Of a stretch of 64,000 nt of DNA, positions 10,558 to 20,434 are shown piece after piece. Position 1 is the first letter of the stretch. Every line of letters begins with the position of its first letter. This DNA comes from Prevotella sp. CAG:1058 (GTDB taxonomy: Bacteria; Bacteroidota; Bacteroidia; Bacteroidales; Bacteroidaceae), in NCBI GenBank assembly GCA_963931425.1, contig OZ007015.1:1517268-1581267 (forward strand). The letters run 5' to 3'. The notes under the pieces were generated by a model, which saw only the letters and a program-made list of their open reading frames with translations, was not told where the DNA came from and searched no databases. The position numbers and the translations under genes were made by a program.

Positions 10558-10724
10558 AGACATTACTTTGACTGGCGTGCTGTGGCTGTCTGCCGTCATT
10601 AACGGATGTTTTGCCATGTAGGCATATACGAATTTGTCAAAATACATGTTTTTTAACAATTTAAAGGTTAAAAATATGCAGAAAACCTTTTTCCATCAAA
10701 TAGTTTTCATATCTTTGCCCCGTC

Positions 10725-11684
10725 ATGAAACATATAAGGAAAATATTCTTAACTTGCGCTGCATTCATGGCGGCAGCCGGAATCAGCGCCCAGGAAAAGG
10801 TTGTGCCGTTGTCTTACGGCAACATGGACAGCTGGACCATACGCAAGGTGCATGAGTCAGCCATAATAGGCGGTAATACAAAGACACTCTACGAGATAGG
10901 TCCTAACCGCACCGTAGAGGGCAACAAGCCGTACACCAACGGCGGAGGTTCCCCATGGGGCACGTCAAACGTCATGGCCAAGGTCATGGGCGTAGTGAAG
11001 ACCAACAACTCCGTGTACCGCGACAAGCGCGGCAGCGGCTGGTGTGCCAAGCTGACCACGCACATCGAAAGCGTGAAGGTCATGGGCCTTATGAACATCA
11101 ACGTGCTGGCTGCAGGTTCCATCTTCCTCGGCGACATGAAAGAGCCTATAACCGGAACTAAGGACGGCCCGAAGGCCATGAACAACGGCATACCGTTCAC
11201 AGGCAGGCCGAAGGCTGTAAGGTTCGATTACAGTGTCAAGGCGGCAGGCACCCCTAACAGGATCAAGCAGACAGGTTTCAGCAAGAAGCAGACCGTGCCC
11301 GGGCGTGATTATGCCATAGCCGTGCTATACCTGCAGAAGCGAACCGAGGACAAGGCGGGCAATATCACGGCCAAACGCGTCGGCACCATGGTGGTGAAGT
11401 TCGGCAAGAGCACCGGCGGATGGGTCAACAACGCCACGTATAAGATAATGTATGGCGACATACGCAACACCCCCGGCTATGACGCTTCAACGATGGGGCT
11501 GCGCCATACGGACTACGCACGCAACAGCAAGGGCAAGAGCGTGCCTGTGAAAGAGATAGGATGGGCCGATGCCGACACCACGCCTACACACCTGATGTTG
11601 CAATTCTCGTCGAGCCACGGCGGAGCTTACATAGGCTCGGTAGGCAACACATTATGGGTGGACAACGTCGAGATGGTATACTGA
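10725..11684 (+). CDS. Secreted PCMD-like (putative carbohydrate metabolism domain) protein
   Basis: Signal peptide ending ISA-Q, SPWGTSN, AAGSIFLG, GIPFTGRPKAVRFDY, GNTLWVDNVEMVY. -7 box TATCTTTG at 10710. Confidence 0.75.
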   Translation: MKHIRKIFLTCAAFMAAAGISAQEKVVPLSYGNMDSWTIRKVHESAIIGGNTKTLYEIGPNRTVEGNKPYTNGGGSPWGTSNVMAKVMGVVKTNNSVYRDKRGSGWCAKLTTHIESVKVMGLMNINVLAAGSIFLGDMKEPITGTKDGPKAMNNGIPFTGRPKAVRFDYSVKAAGTPNRIKQTGFSKKQTVPGRDYAIAVLYLQKRTEDKAGNITAKRVGTMVVKFGKSTGGWVNNATYKIMYGDIRNTPGYDASTMGLRHTDYARNSKGKSVPVKEIGWADADTTPTHLMLQFSSSHGGAYIGSVGNTLWVDNVEMVY

Positions 11685-11707
11685 CCCGCGTAAATCCATA
11701 GGTAATT

Positions 11708-12889
11708 ATGAGGCTTGTTTTTCTCGCAGCATTCTTTATGTGTGCCATATTGCCGGGTGCAAGTGCGCCTGAGAACGGCAGCAAAGACACTGTTACGGTT
11801 GACAGCACGCAGCAAACAGACAGCGTGAAGAAGAGAAAAGGACTGATTAACAGGTTTCTTGACTACATAAACGAATCCAACAAGACCGATCCCGGCAAGA
11901 AGTTCGACTTCAGCCTGCTGGGCGGTCCCCATTACAGCACCGACACAAAGTTCGGCCTCGGCCTTGTTGCCACCGGCATATACCGCACCGACATGGCCGA
12001 TACGTTGTTGCCGCCCTCCAACACCGCCCTGTACGGAGACATCACAACGGGGCAGTTCTATAAAATAGGCATACGCGGAACGCACATCTTTCCCCATGAC
12101 AAGTGCCGCCTGGACTACAACGTATCGTTCGATTCGTTCAAGAGCAGCTTCTGGGGCATAGGCTACGTCAACGGCAACAAGGACTCTAACGAGAGTACGA
12201 TGGACAGGATACAGGTCCAGGCCAAGGCGAGCCTGCAGTGGCGTTTTGCCGATAATCTGTACATCGGGCCGACTGTAGTGTTCGACTATGCCGGCGTAAG
12301 CCACGTCGAGCGGCCTGAGCTTTTCGAGGGCATGGACCACCGGACGCTGAATGTAGGTGCCGGCGTATCCCTTGTTTATGACTCGCGCGACGTGCTAACC
12401 AACGCGCACAGGGGCTTCTATGTGAACATCTCGCAACTGTTCCGGCCGGCCTTCATGGGCAATGACTATGCCTTTGCCACCACCGACCTGCGTGCCGACG
12501 TGTACCGCACGGTGTGGAAGGGCGGAGTGGTAGCGGCCGACCTGCGCGGCACTCTCAACTTCGGTAACCCTTCGTGGGGCATGATGTCGCTGCTGGGCAA
12601 CTCTTACTCGATGCGCGGATATTACGAGGGACGCTACCGCGACAAGCACAAACTGGAGGCGCAGGTAGAGCTGCGCCAGCACGTATGGAAGCGCAACGGC
12701 ATTGCCTTGTGGGCAGGGGTGGGCACTGTCTTCAACAAGTTCAGCGCCTTACGCTCCGACAGGCTGCTTCCCAACTTCGGCATAGGTTACCGCTGGGAGT
12801 TCAAGAAGGATGTCAACGTGCGTCTCGACTACGGTTTCGGCAAGAGCGGACAGTCGGGTTTCATCTTCAACATAGGCGAAGCCTTCTAA
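11708..12889 (+). CDS. Omp85/TamA-BamA family outer-membrane barrel without POTRA domains
   Basis: YDSRD, MRGYYEGRYRD lid-lock motif, C-terminal FNIGEAF. Confidence 0.85.
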   Translation: MRLVFLAAFFMCAILPGASAPENGSKDTVTVDSTQQTDSVKKRKGLINRFLDYINESNKTDPGKKFDFSLLGGPHYSTDTKFGLGLVATGIYRTDMADTLLPPSNTALYGDITTGQFYKIGIRGTHIFPHDKCRLDYNVSFDSFKSSFWGIGYVNGNKDSNESTMDRIQVQAKASLQWRFADNLYIGPTVVFDYAGVSHVERPELFEGMDHRTLNVGAGVSLVYDSRDVLTNAHRGFYVNISQLFRPAFMGNDYAFATTDLRADVYRTVWKGGVVAADLRGTLNFGNPSWGMMSLLGNSYSMRGYYEGRYRDKHKLEAQVELRQHVWKRNGIALWAGVGTVFNKFSALRSDRLLPNFGIGYRWEFKKDVNVRLDYGFGKSGQSGFIFNIGEAF

Positions 12890-12968
12890 GGCACAGGCAG
12901 CACCCAATGTCGTGGAAAACGGCATTGCACTGTGTAATTACATGTAATTCAATACTTACGGATATTCA

Positions 12969-14705
12969 ATGAAAGACCCAAATAATCACGGCATATTGGC
13001 CCGTTTCTTGTCCGCAGGGGGACGTGACACGGGCAAAAGGCGCGCTTTAATACTTTTCTGGCTTACCATAGCGGTGCTTGCCGTACCTAACGTGGCGCTT
13101 TGCGTGACCGAGCGCATGTCGCCGGCTGCCGGCATAACCAATGTACTGCTGCCCGTGTCGGTGGTGTGGCTGCTTATGACCTTAAGTCCCCGCCCCGGCA
13201 AAACCACGTGGCTCATGTTTCCGCTTATATTCTTCGCCGCGTTCCAGCTGGTGCTACTCTATCTGTTCGGGCATTCCATAATAGCGGTGGACATGTTCCT
13301 CAACCTTGTTACGACCAACCCCGGAGAGGCTTTCGAGCTGCTTGACAACCTGCTGCCGGCCATCTCGATAGTAGTCGTGGTCTACATTCCGCCGCTCGTT
13401 ATAGCCACTGTCTCGCTGCACCGTAAGGACAAGCTCGATGCTGCTTTCATGTCAAGGCAGCGGCGCATGGCCCTCGTTGCAGTCGCAGTAGGTGCGGCAA
13501 GCCTCGGCGTTAGTTATGCATCAGACCGCGAATACAGTGCGAAGATACAGCTTTACCCGCTCAACGTGGGTTACAACCTTGTGCTTGCCGTAGAGCGTTC
13601 AGGGGCTACTGCCGACTATGCCGAGACCTCGGCGGGCTTCAAGTTCAAGTCTAAGGCCACGCACCCTGCCGCCAGCCGCGAGGTGTACGTCATCGTGGTG
13701 GGCGAGACGGCGCGTGCATGCAGCTTCAGCCTGTACGGTTACGGGCGCGAGACCACCCCGCTGCTCGAGCGTACACCGGGACTTGTGGCTTTCACCGACG
13801 TGCTTACACAGTCGAACACCACGCACAAGAGCGTGCCCATGCTGCTCTCGGCGGCGTGCGCAGAAGACTACGACCGCATATACCGCGAGAAGGGAATAAT
13901 AACAGCCTTCAAGGAAGCAGGCTTCCATACGGTGTTCATATCAAACCAGCGCCCCAACCGCTCGTTCATAGACTTCTTCGGCATGGAGGCCGACGAGTGG
14001 GTGTTCATGAAGGAGAATCATAAGGGGACGGAAACCCTCCAGGACGCCGACATGCTGCCGATGGTAAAGGACGTGCTGGCCCAGGGACGCAAGAAGGAGC
14101 TTATTGTATTGCATACGTACGGCTCGCACTTCAACTACCGCGAGCGCTACGCGGCACGTACGGCCGTGTTCAAGCCCGACAACGCGAGCGAGGCGAAGCC
14201 GTCCAACCGCGAGTCGCTCGTCAACGCATACGACAACTCCATACGCAGCACGGACAGTTTCCTGCACGGCCTGATTGGCATCGTCGACAGTTGCGGCGCC
14301 GTGTCGGCATTGCTCTACACGTCTGACCACGGCGAAAACATCTTTGACGACCGTCGCCAGCTGTTCCTGCATGCCTCGCCCGTACCGTCGTTCTACGAGC
14401 TTCATGTGCCGTTCGTCATCTGGACTTCAGACTCTTACCGGCGCACCTTCGCGCCCGTGGCTGCCGCCCTTGATGCCAACCGCCGCAAGAGCGTGGCCAG
14501 CAGCGTGTCGGTGTTCCACACCATGCTCGGTCTTGCCGGCATAGAAACGCCTTACCGCAACGACAGCCTGTCGGTGGCGAGCGGCAAGTTCACTCCTACT
14601 AGGCGCATGTATCTTAACGACCACAACGAGCCTGTGCCCGTTGAAAAGATACTGAGGGACAAGGAAGACTTCGTGATGATGGAACGTGTTAAGGCCGGGC
14701 AGTGA
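12969..14705 (+). CDS. Lipid A phosphoethanolamine transferase (EptA-like)
   Basis: N-terminal transmembrane segments, VIVVGETAR, SNTTHKSVP, LHTYGSH, YDNSI, YTSDHGE sulfatase-fold motifs. Confidence 0.88.
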   Translation: MKDPNNHGILARFLSAGGRDTGKRRALILFWLTIAVLAVPNVALCVTERMSPAAGITNVLLPVSVVWLLMTLSPRPGKTTWLMFPLIFFAAFQLVLLYLFGHSIIAVDMFLNLVTTNPGEAFELLDNLLPAISIVVVVYIPPLVIATVSLHRKDKLDAAFMSRQRRMALVAVAVGAASLGVSYASDREYSAKIQLYPLNVGYNLVLAVERSGATADYAETSAGFKFKSKATHPAASREVYVIVVGETARACSFSLYGYGRETTPLLERTPGLVAFTDVLTQSNTTHKSVPMLLSAACAEDYDRIYREKGIITAFKEAGFHTVFISNQRPNRSFIDFFGMEADEWVFMKENHKGTETLQDADMLPMVKDVLAQGRKKELIVLHTYGSHFNYRERYAARTAVFKPDNASEAKPSNRESLVNAYDNSIRSTDSFLHGLIGIVDSCGAVSALLYTSDHGENIFDDRRQLFLHASPVPSFYELHVPFVIWTSDSYRRTFAPVAAALDANRRKSVASSVSVFHTMLGLAGIETPYRNDSLSVASGKFTPTRRMYLNDHNEPVPVEKILRDKEDFVMMERVKAGQ

Positions 14706-14740
14706 CGGGCTGTGCGGCAATGCTATTTCGGTGATTTTGC

Positions 14741-14849
14741 AAAAGGTTGCTTCCGGGACGATGAAAGGTAACCTATTGCAACGCAAAAGGATGCCTTTTA
14801 CAATGCGAAAGGCATCCTTTTGTAATTATACTGATTATCAATAAGTTAC
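14741..14849. repeat. 22-bp-period palindrome array, copy 3 (units 14741, 14763, 14785, 14807; anchor about 14822-14849)
   Basis: AAAAGGTTGCTTCCG, GAAAGGTAACCTATT, AAAAGGATGCCTTTT, GAAAGGCATCCTTTT, then GTAATTATAC-TGATTATCA-ATAA-GTTAC. Confidence 0.9.
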
Positions 14850-14892
14850 AGACTGATGTAAAAACAACTGCCACGTCGTTTCAGCGCAGCTG

Positions 14893-15816
14893 TCAGCCGG
14901 CGTCGTGCTTAATGTTGCGCGGATGGTGTTCAAGTATCTCGCGTCGCAGTTCGTGGGTGTCAATGTGCGTGTATATTTCCGTAGTGCCTATGCTCTCGTG
15001 CCCGAGCATTGCCTGTATGGCGCGCAGGTCGGCACCGCCGGCAAGCAGCGCCGTTGCGAAGCTGTGGCGCAGCGTGTGCGGACTTATTGTCTTGCTTATG
15101 CCCGCCTCCTCGCCGAGGCGTTTTATCATTATGAGAATCATTGTGCGCGTAAGGTGCGCCCCGCGGCGGTTGAGGAACACGTAGTCCTCTTCGCCCGGCT
15201 TTATGTCCATCAGGTTGCGGTCTATGAACCACAGTTGCAACTGCCTTACCGCGCTCTCCGATATGGGCACGAGCCTCTCCTTGCGCCCCTTGCCAACAAC
15301 CCTTACGAAGTGTTCTTCAAGGTAAAGGTCTGACAGACGCAGCGTTACAAGCTCGCTTACACGCAGTCCGCAGCTGAAAAGCACCTCTATAATGGCCTTG
15401 TTGCGCTGCCCCTCCCATTTCGATAGGTCGATGGCCTGCTCGAGGCGGTCAACCTCCTCGGTTGTCAGGACTTCGGGCAGATGGTCGCCGAGCTGTGGCG
15501 ACTCGAGCAGCTCGGACGGGTCGTCACTTATGTATCCGTCAACCTGGAGATAGTGGTAGAACGTCCTCACGCCGCTCAATATGCGGCACTGCGAGCGCGC
15601 CCCTACGCCTATCGAGTGCAGGTTGGCGGCAAAGGCCTGCAGGTCTTCCAGCCGTGCGGCCAGCGGGTCGATGCCCTGCTCGCCGAAATAGGCCAGCAGC
15701 TTCTCTATGTCGTGCGAATATGCGTCGAGCGTGTTGGGCGTGAAGTTGCGCTCGAGTTTCATGTAGCGGCGGTAGGCGGCTACAAGATTAGACGCCTTTT
15801 TGTTTACTGTTTCCAT
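14893..15816 (-). CDS. xerD: Site-specific tyrosine recombinase XerD-like
   Basis: LFSCGLRVSEL, GKGRKERLVP, SPHTLRHSFAT, LGHESIGTTEIYTH. The xerC versus xerD call rests on similarity and adjacency to aroQ. Confidence 0.85.
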   Translation of the reverse strand: METVNKKASNLVAAYRRYMKLERNFTPNTLDAYSHDIEKLLAYFGEQGIDPLAARLEDLQAFAANLHSIGVGARSQCRILSGVRTFYHYLQVDGYISDDPSELLESPQLGDHLPEVLTTEEVDRLEQAIDLSKWEGQRNKAIIEVLFSCGLRVSELVTLRLSDLYLEEHFVRVVGKGRKERLVPISESAVRQLQLWFIDRNLMDIKPGEEDYVFLNRRGAHLTRTMILIMIKRLGEEAGISKTISPHTLRHSFATALLAGGADLRAIQAMLGHESIGTTEIYTHIDTHELRREILEHHPRNIKHDAG

Positions 15817-15936
15817 TTATTTTATTACTTTTGCAGCGTGGCGCGGCTGCCGGTTTACATGTGTCAGGCCGGCGTGCTGCCGTTATGGGCACGCCTGGCG
15901 CCGCGCAAGTGCAAAATTAAGAAAAATAATCCGGAT

Positions 15937-16377
15937 ATGAAAATATTAGTATTGAACGGTCCCAACCTCAACCTCTTGGGCGTAAGGGAGCCGGGCATTT
16001 ACGGCAACAGCTCGTTCGACGACTACCTGCCGAAGCTGCGCGAGGCTTTCCCCGGTGTGGAAATCGACTATTTCCAGAGCAACATAGAGGGCGTGATGAT
16101 AGACAAGATGCAGGAAGTAGGCTTCACGTACGACGGCATAGCGCTCAACGCCGGCGCCTACACGCATACCAGCATAGCCCTGCACGACTGCATAAAGTCT
16201 CTGAAATGCCCCGTGGTCGAGGTACACATATCCAACGTGCACAAGCGCGAGGAGTTCCGCCACAAGTCCATGATATCTGCTGCGTGCCTCGGCGTGGTGT
16301 GCGGTTTCGGGCTCGACTCATACCGGCTGGCCGTCGAGGCGCTGGTGCTCGACGCCCGGCAGCGTGAACAGGCATGA
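15937..16377 (+). CDS. aroQ: Type II 3-dehydroquinate dehydratase
   Basis: MKILVLNGPNLNLLGVREPGIYG, QSNIEG, NAGAYTHTS, EVHISN, REEFRH. The true start lies inside the 298-aa ORF. -7 box TACTTTTG at 15826. Confidence 0.96.
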   Translation: MKILVLNGPNLNLLGVREPGIYGNSSFDDYLPKLREAFPGVEIDYFQSNIEGVMIDKMQEVGFTYDGIALNAGAYTHTSIALHDCIKSLKCPVVEVHISNVHKREEFRHKSMISAACLGVVCGFGLDSYRLAVEALVLDARQREQA

Positions 16378-16394
16378 TAACGATACGGTGAATA

Positions 16395-17051
16395 ATGAAA
16401 CAGAGCCAGGTTGACATTAACAGGGGGTTGGACGAATACATACTCGCACACATAGACCCCGAGGGCGACTACCTGTACCGCCTGTGGCGGGCCACAAACA
16501 TACACCTGCTGCACGGGCGCATGGCAAGCGGCCACCTGCAGGGGCGGCTGTTGAAGATGCTCGTGCGGATGGTGCGCCCAAGTAACATACTTGAGATAGG
16601 CACATTCAGCGGATACAGCGCAATCTGTCTGGCAGAAGGGCTGGACGAGGGCGGAATGGTGTACACTTACGAGATAGACGACGAGCTGGAGGACTTCACC
16701 CGCCCGTGGATTGAAGGCTCGGCCGTGGCCGACAAGATACGTTTCATCATCGGCGACGCCATAAAGGAGGCCCCAAAGCTGGGTGTGGAGTTCGACATGG
16801 TGTTCATCGACGGCGACAAGCGCACGTACGTCGAGGCTTACGAGATGGCGCTGTCTGTGCTGCGCCCGGGCGGCTTCATCCTTGCCGACAACACGCTTTG
16901 GGACGGCCACGTGCTCGAGACGCCGCGCCAGACCGACCGCCAGACCATAGGCATAGAAACGTTTAACGACCTGATAGCCACCGACGGGCGCGTGGAAAAA
17001 CTGATATTGCCCCTGCGCGACGGCCTGACGATGGCAATGAAGAAGCGTTGA
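16395..17051 (+). CDS. Class I SAM-dependent O-methyltransferase (TrmR/YrrM/caffeoyl-CoA OMT-like)
   Basis: ILEIGTFSGYSA, FDMVFIDGDK, GGFILADN, LPLRDGL. Confidence 0.92.
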   Translation: MKQSQVDINRGLDEYILAHIDPEGDYLYRLWRATNIHLLHGRMASGHLQGRLLKMLVRMVRPSNILEIGTFSGYSAICLAEGLDEGGMVYTYEIDDELEDFTRPWIEGSAVADKIRFIIGDAIKEAPKLGVEFDMVFIDGDKRTYVEAYEMALSVLRPGGFILADNTLWDGHVLETPRQTDRQTIGIETFNDLIATDGRVEKLILPLRDGLTMAMKKR

Positions 17052-17186
17052 GAGACCGACCCGGCCGGCGTGCATGCCCGGCACGGCTTAAAAATAAGCT
17101 GCATAAGTTCGCAATGTCGAAAAAAATGTGTAAGTTTGCAGGCAGTTTTTACAGCCTGCACCTTATTAATATAACTACATAATAAA

Positions 17187-17522
17187 ATGCAAGAAACAAG
17201 ACAAAACCGCATAGCAAGGCTCCTGCAGAAGGAGCTTAGCCTTATATTCCAGTCGCAGACGCGCTCGATGCGCGGCGTGATGGTGAGCGTGACGCGCTGC
17301 CGCATAAGTCCCGACCTGAGCATCTGCACGGCATATCTGAGCATATTCCCGTCTGAAAGGGCTGACGAGATAATAAAGAACATCACGGCCAACGATAAGA
17401 CTATACGTTACGAACTGGGCACCCGTGTGCGCAACCAGTTGAGGATAATACCCGAACTGCGCTTCTTCGTAGACGACTCGCTCGACTACATAGCCCACAT
17501 TGACGAGTTGCTGAAGAAATGA
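17187..17522 (+). CDS. rbfA: Ribosome-binding factor A
   Basis: VSVTRCRISPDL, LRIIPELRFFVDDSLD. -7 box TAAGTTTG at 17131. Confidence 0.95.
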   Translation: MQETRQNRIARLLQKELSLIFQSQTRSMRGVMVSVTRCRISPDLSICTAYLSIFPSERADEIIKNITANDKTIRYELGTRVRNQLRIIPELRFFVDDSLDYIAHIDELLKK

Positions 17523-18751
17523 ACTTCCCCTTTTACATAGCCCGTCGGTACCTGTTCTCGAAAAAGAGCACGCACGTAATCAACCTGATAAGCGGCATAA
17601 GCGCAGTAGGTGTGGCCATCGCCACCATGGCTCTGGTGGTTACGTTGAGCGTGTTCAACGGCTTCCATGACCTGGTGGCGTCGTTCCTTACATCGTTCGA
17701 CCCGCAGCTCGAGGTCGTGCCCGCTAAAGGCAAGACTGCTCCGGCTGACGACCCCGTGCTGGCCAAGATACGCACGTTGCCGGAAGTCGACGTAGCCACT
17801 GAAAGCGTGGAGGACCAGGCTTTGGCCATTTACAAGGGCAATCAGGCAATGGTTGTGGTGAAGGGTGTTGACGACAATTTCGACAAGCTGACGCATATTA
17901 ACGAGATTCTTTACGGCGACGGCGAGTTCTCGCTTAGCGCCGCCAACCTCCAATACGGTACGGTGGGCATACGTCTGGCCGCCGACCTGGGCATGGCCGC
18001 CGACTGGGACGGATACTTGAAGATATATGCGCCCAAGCGCGAGGGGCAGCTCGACATGATGAATCCTACCGAGGGATTCGTCGAGGACTCGCTGATTTCG
18101 CCGGGTGCGGTGTTCTCCGTCGGTAACGGGCGCTACGACCGCAATTACGTGCTGACGTCGATAGCCTTCGCCCGCAATCTTTTCGGGCAGCAAGGCATGC
18201 TCTCGCAGCTTGAGTTGAGGCTCAAGCCGGGGTCTGACATAGACGCCGTGAAGGAGGAAATGAGGCAGATTGCTGGTGGCAAGTATCTCGTCCTTGACCG
18301 TCTGGAGCAGCAGGCTGACACGTTCAAGATAATGAAGATAGAGAAATTCATTGCTTATATATTCCTTACTTTCATACTTGCTGTGTCGTGCTTCAACATC
18401 ATAGGCTCGCTCTCGATGCTGATTATCGACAAGAAAAACGACGTTGTTACGCTGCGCAACATGGGCGCAACCGACAAGCAGATTACACGGATATTCCTTT
18501 TCGAGGGCCGTATGATTTCGGTTATCGGTGCCGTTGCCGGCATATTGCTCGGCTTGTTGTTGTGCTGGTTGCAGCAGACATACGGTTTCGTGGCGCTCGG
18601 ACAGTCGAGCGGTTCGTTCGTCGTTGATGCTTATCCGGTAAGTGTCCACCCTGAAGACATCCTGTTGGTGTTCTTCACGGTTGTTGTGGTCAGCTTTGTT
18701 TCGGTCTGGTATCCTGTAAGATATTTCTCCAAACGGCTGATAGGAGACTGA
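17519..18751 (+). CDS. LolC/E-like ABC transporter permease
   Basis: FYIARRYLFSKK, VVTLSVFNGF, TLRNMGAT, IFLFEG. ATGA overlap with rbfA. Confidence 0.88.
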   Translation: MNFPFYIARRYLFSKKSTHVINLISGISAVGVAIATMALVVTLSVFNGFHDLVASFLTSFDPQLEVVPAKGKTAPADDPVLAKIRTLPEVDVATESVEDQALAIYKGNQAMVVVKGVDDNFDKLTHINEILYGDGEFSLSAANLQYGTVGIRLAADLGMAADWDGYLKIYAPKREGQLDMMNPTEGFVEDSLISPGAVFSVGNGRYDRNYVLTSIAFARNLFGQQGMLSQLELRLKPGSDIDAVKEEMRQIAGGKYLVLDRLEQQADTFKIMKIEKFIAYIFLTFILAVSCFNIIGSLSMLIIDKKNDVVTLRNMGATDKQITRIFLFEGRMISVIGAVAGILLGLLLCWLQQTYGFVALGQSSGSFVVDAYPVSVHPEDILLVFFTVVVVSFVSVWYPVRYFSKRLIGD

Positions 18752-18777
18752 TTTTAGCGCGTATTAAGATAAAGGAA

Positions 18778-18830
18778 AACGCTAAAGGAGGTGTGCTTTT
18801 ACAGGATTGCGGCACACCTCCTTTAGCGTT
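18778..18830. terminator. Bidirectional terminator (19-bp perfect stem)
   Basis: AACGCTAAAGGAGGTGTGC ... GCACACCTCCTTTAGCGTT between convergent genes. Confidence 0.8.
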
Positions 18831-18869
18831 AATCTTTAGTTTATGATTTTTAATTGCCAACCCAATGGC

Positions 18870-20414
18870 TCAGCTCCTTTCAGCCCAGTCGCCACGGTCA
18901 AGGTTACGGTAGCTTATGGCCTCGGCAAGGTGTTGCGGCTGCACGTTCTCGGATGCCTCCAGGTCGGCTATGGTGCGCGCTACCTTAAGTATGCGGTTGT
19001 ATGCGCGGGCGGACAGGTTGAGGCGTTCCATGGCAGTGCGCAGCAGGTTTATTCCAGCCTCGTCGGGCTCGGCGTACTGGTGTATCATGCGCTCGGACAT
19101 CTGTGCGTTGCAGTGTATTCCGTTGCAGTCCTTGAAGCGTTGTTCCTGGATGAGCCTGGCCTTGATTACCCTTTGGCGTATGCTGGCGCTGCTCTCGCCC
19201 TGCGTGGAGCGTGATATGTCCTTGAAAGGTACGGGCGTTATTTCTATCTGTATGTCTATTCTGTCGAGCAACGGACCGCTTATCTTGTTGAGGTAGCGTT
19301 GTATTTGGCCTGGCGAACACACGCATTTGTGGGTCGGGTCGTTGTAATATCCGCACGGACAGGGGTTCATCGAGGCCACGAACATGAACGAGCAGGGGTA
19401 TTCAACGGTGTATTTTGCACGTGAAATGGTAATCTTGCGGTCTTCAAGTGGTTGGCGCAGCACTTCGAGCGTTGACTTGTTGAACTCAGGTAGCTCGTCG
19501 GCAAACAGCACGCCGTTGTGCGCAAGCGATATTTCGCCCGGCTGCGGATTCAGTCCTCCGCCTACAAGTGCCACTTGTGAGATGGTGTGGTGGGGCGAGC
19601 GGAACGGTCGTTGGGATATTAACGACATGTTCTTGCCAAGCTTTCCCGCCACCGAATGTATCTGCGTTGTTTCAAGGCTTTCGGCCAGTGAGAGTGGGGG
19701 AAGTATCGAGGGAAGCCTTTTTGCCATCATCGACTTGCCGCTTCCGGGAGGACCGATCATTATCATGTTGTGTCCTCCTGCTGCCGCAACTTCCATCGCC
19801 CGCTTGACGCTCTCTTGTCCACGGACGTCGGCAAAGTCGAGGTCGAAGCTGCTTTGCTGTTCGTAAAATTCACGTCTTGTATCGATGAAAGTAGGCTCGA
19901 ATCCACCTTCACCGTTCATGAAGCGCACCACGTCGAGCAGGTTGTCCATGCCGTAGACATGTATCTTGTTTACAACGGCGGCCTCGCGTATGTTCTGTTG
20001 TGGCACAATCAGCCCTTTGAAACCCTCCTTGCGTGCCCTTATGGCTATTGGTAGGGCACCTCGTATGGGTTGTATCTTGCCGTCAAGGCCGAGTTCTCCC
20101 ATTATCATATAGTCGGAAAGCATGTCGGTTTTGACCTTTCCTATTGCGGCGAGGATGCCTATTGCCATGGGCAGGTCGTATCCGCTGCCCTCCTTGCGGA
20201 GGTCGGCGGGAGCCATGTTTATGGTTGTATCGACTACGGGAAGTTTTATTCCGTTGTTCTTTAGTGCTGAAGCTATGCGGTCGCGGCTTTCCTTTATTGC
20301 CGTGTCGGCAAGTCCGGAGAGGTGGAAATTGACGCCTTTCGTCACGCTTACTTCCACCGTTACGGTCGTTACTTCAAGACCGTTTACTGCCGCGCAATAC
20401 GTCTTGACTAACAT
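18870..20414 (-). CDS. comM: YifB/ComM family Mg-chelatase-like AAA+ ATPase
   Basis: [59 protein letters not shown]. Confidence 0.92.
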   Translation of the reverse strand: MLVKTYCAAVNGLEVTTVTVEVSVTKGVNFHLSGLADTAIKESRDRIASALKNNGIKLPVVDTTINMAPADLRKEGSGYDLPMAIGILAAIGKVKTDMLSDYMIMGELGLDGKIQPIRGALPIAIRARKEGFKGLIVPQQNIREAAVVNKIHVYGMDNLLDVVRFMNGEGGFEPTFIDTRREFYEQQSSFDLDFADVRGQESVKRAMEVAAAGGHNMIMIGPPGSGKSMMAKRLPSILPPLSLAESLETTQIHSVAGKLGKNMSLISQRPFRSPHHTISQVALVGGGLNPQPGEISLAHNGVLFADELPEFNKSTLEVLRQPLEDRKITISRAKYTVEYPCSFMFVASMNPCPCGYYNDPTHKCVCSPGQIQRYLNKISGPLLDRIDIQIEITPVPFKDISRSTQGESSASIRQRVIKARLIQEQRFKDCNGIHCNAQMSERMIHQYAEPDEAGINLLRTAMERLNLSARAYNRILKVARTIADLEASENVQPQHLAEAISYRNLDRGDWAERS

Positions 20415-20434
20415 GTGGAGTGTTTTTTTGTGTA

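Noticed and set aside
12934-12959. Possible solo anchor palindrome (GTAATTACATGTAATTCAATACTTAC) upstream of the EptA-like gene
   Set aside because: The centre and spacing deviate from the consensus and no 22-bp array is attached, so it may be chance in AT-rich DNA.
14893-15816. xerD as the integrase of a mobile element
   Set aside because: It looks like the housekeeping Xer in a core context (divergent from aroQ), with host-like GC and no excisionase, relaxase or phage genes nearby.
15481-15936. N-terminal extension of aroQ overlapping xerD
   Set aside because: It is antisense to xerD. A -7 promoter at 15826 and the canonical MKILVLNGPNLN start place the gene at 15937.
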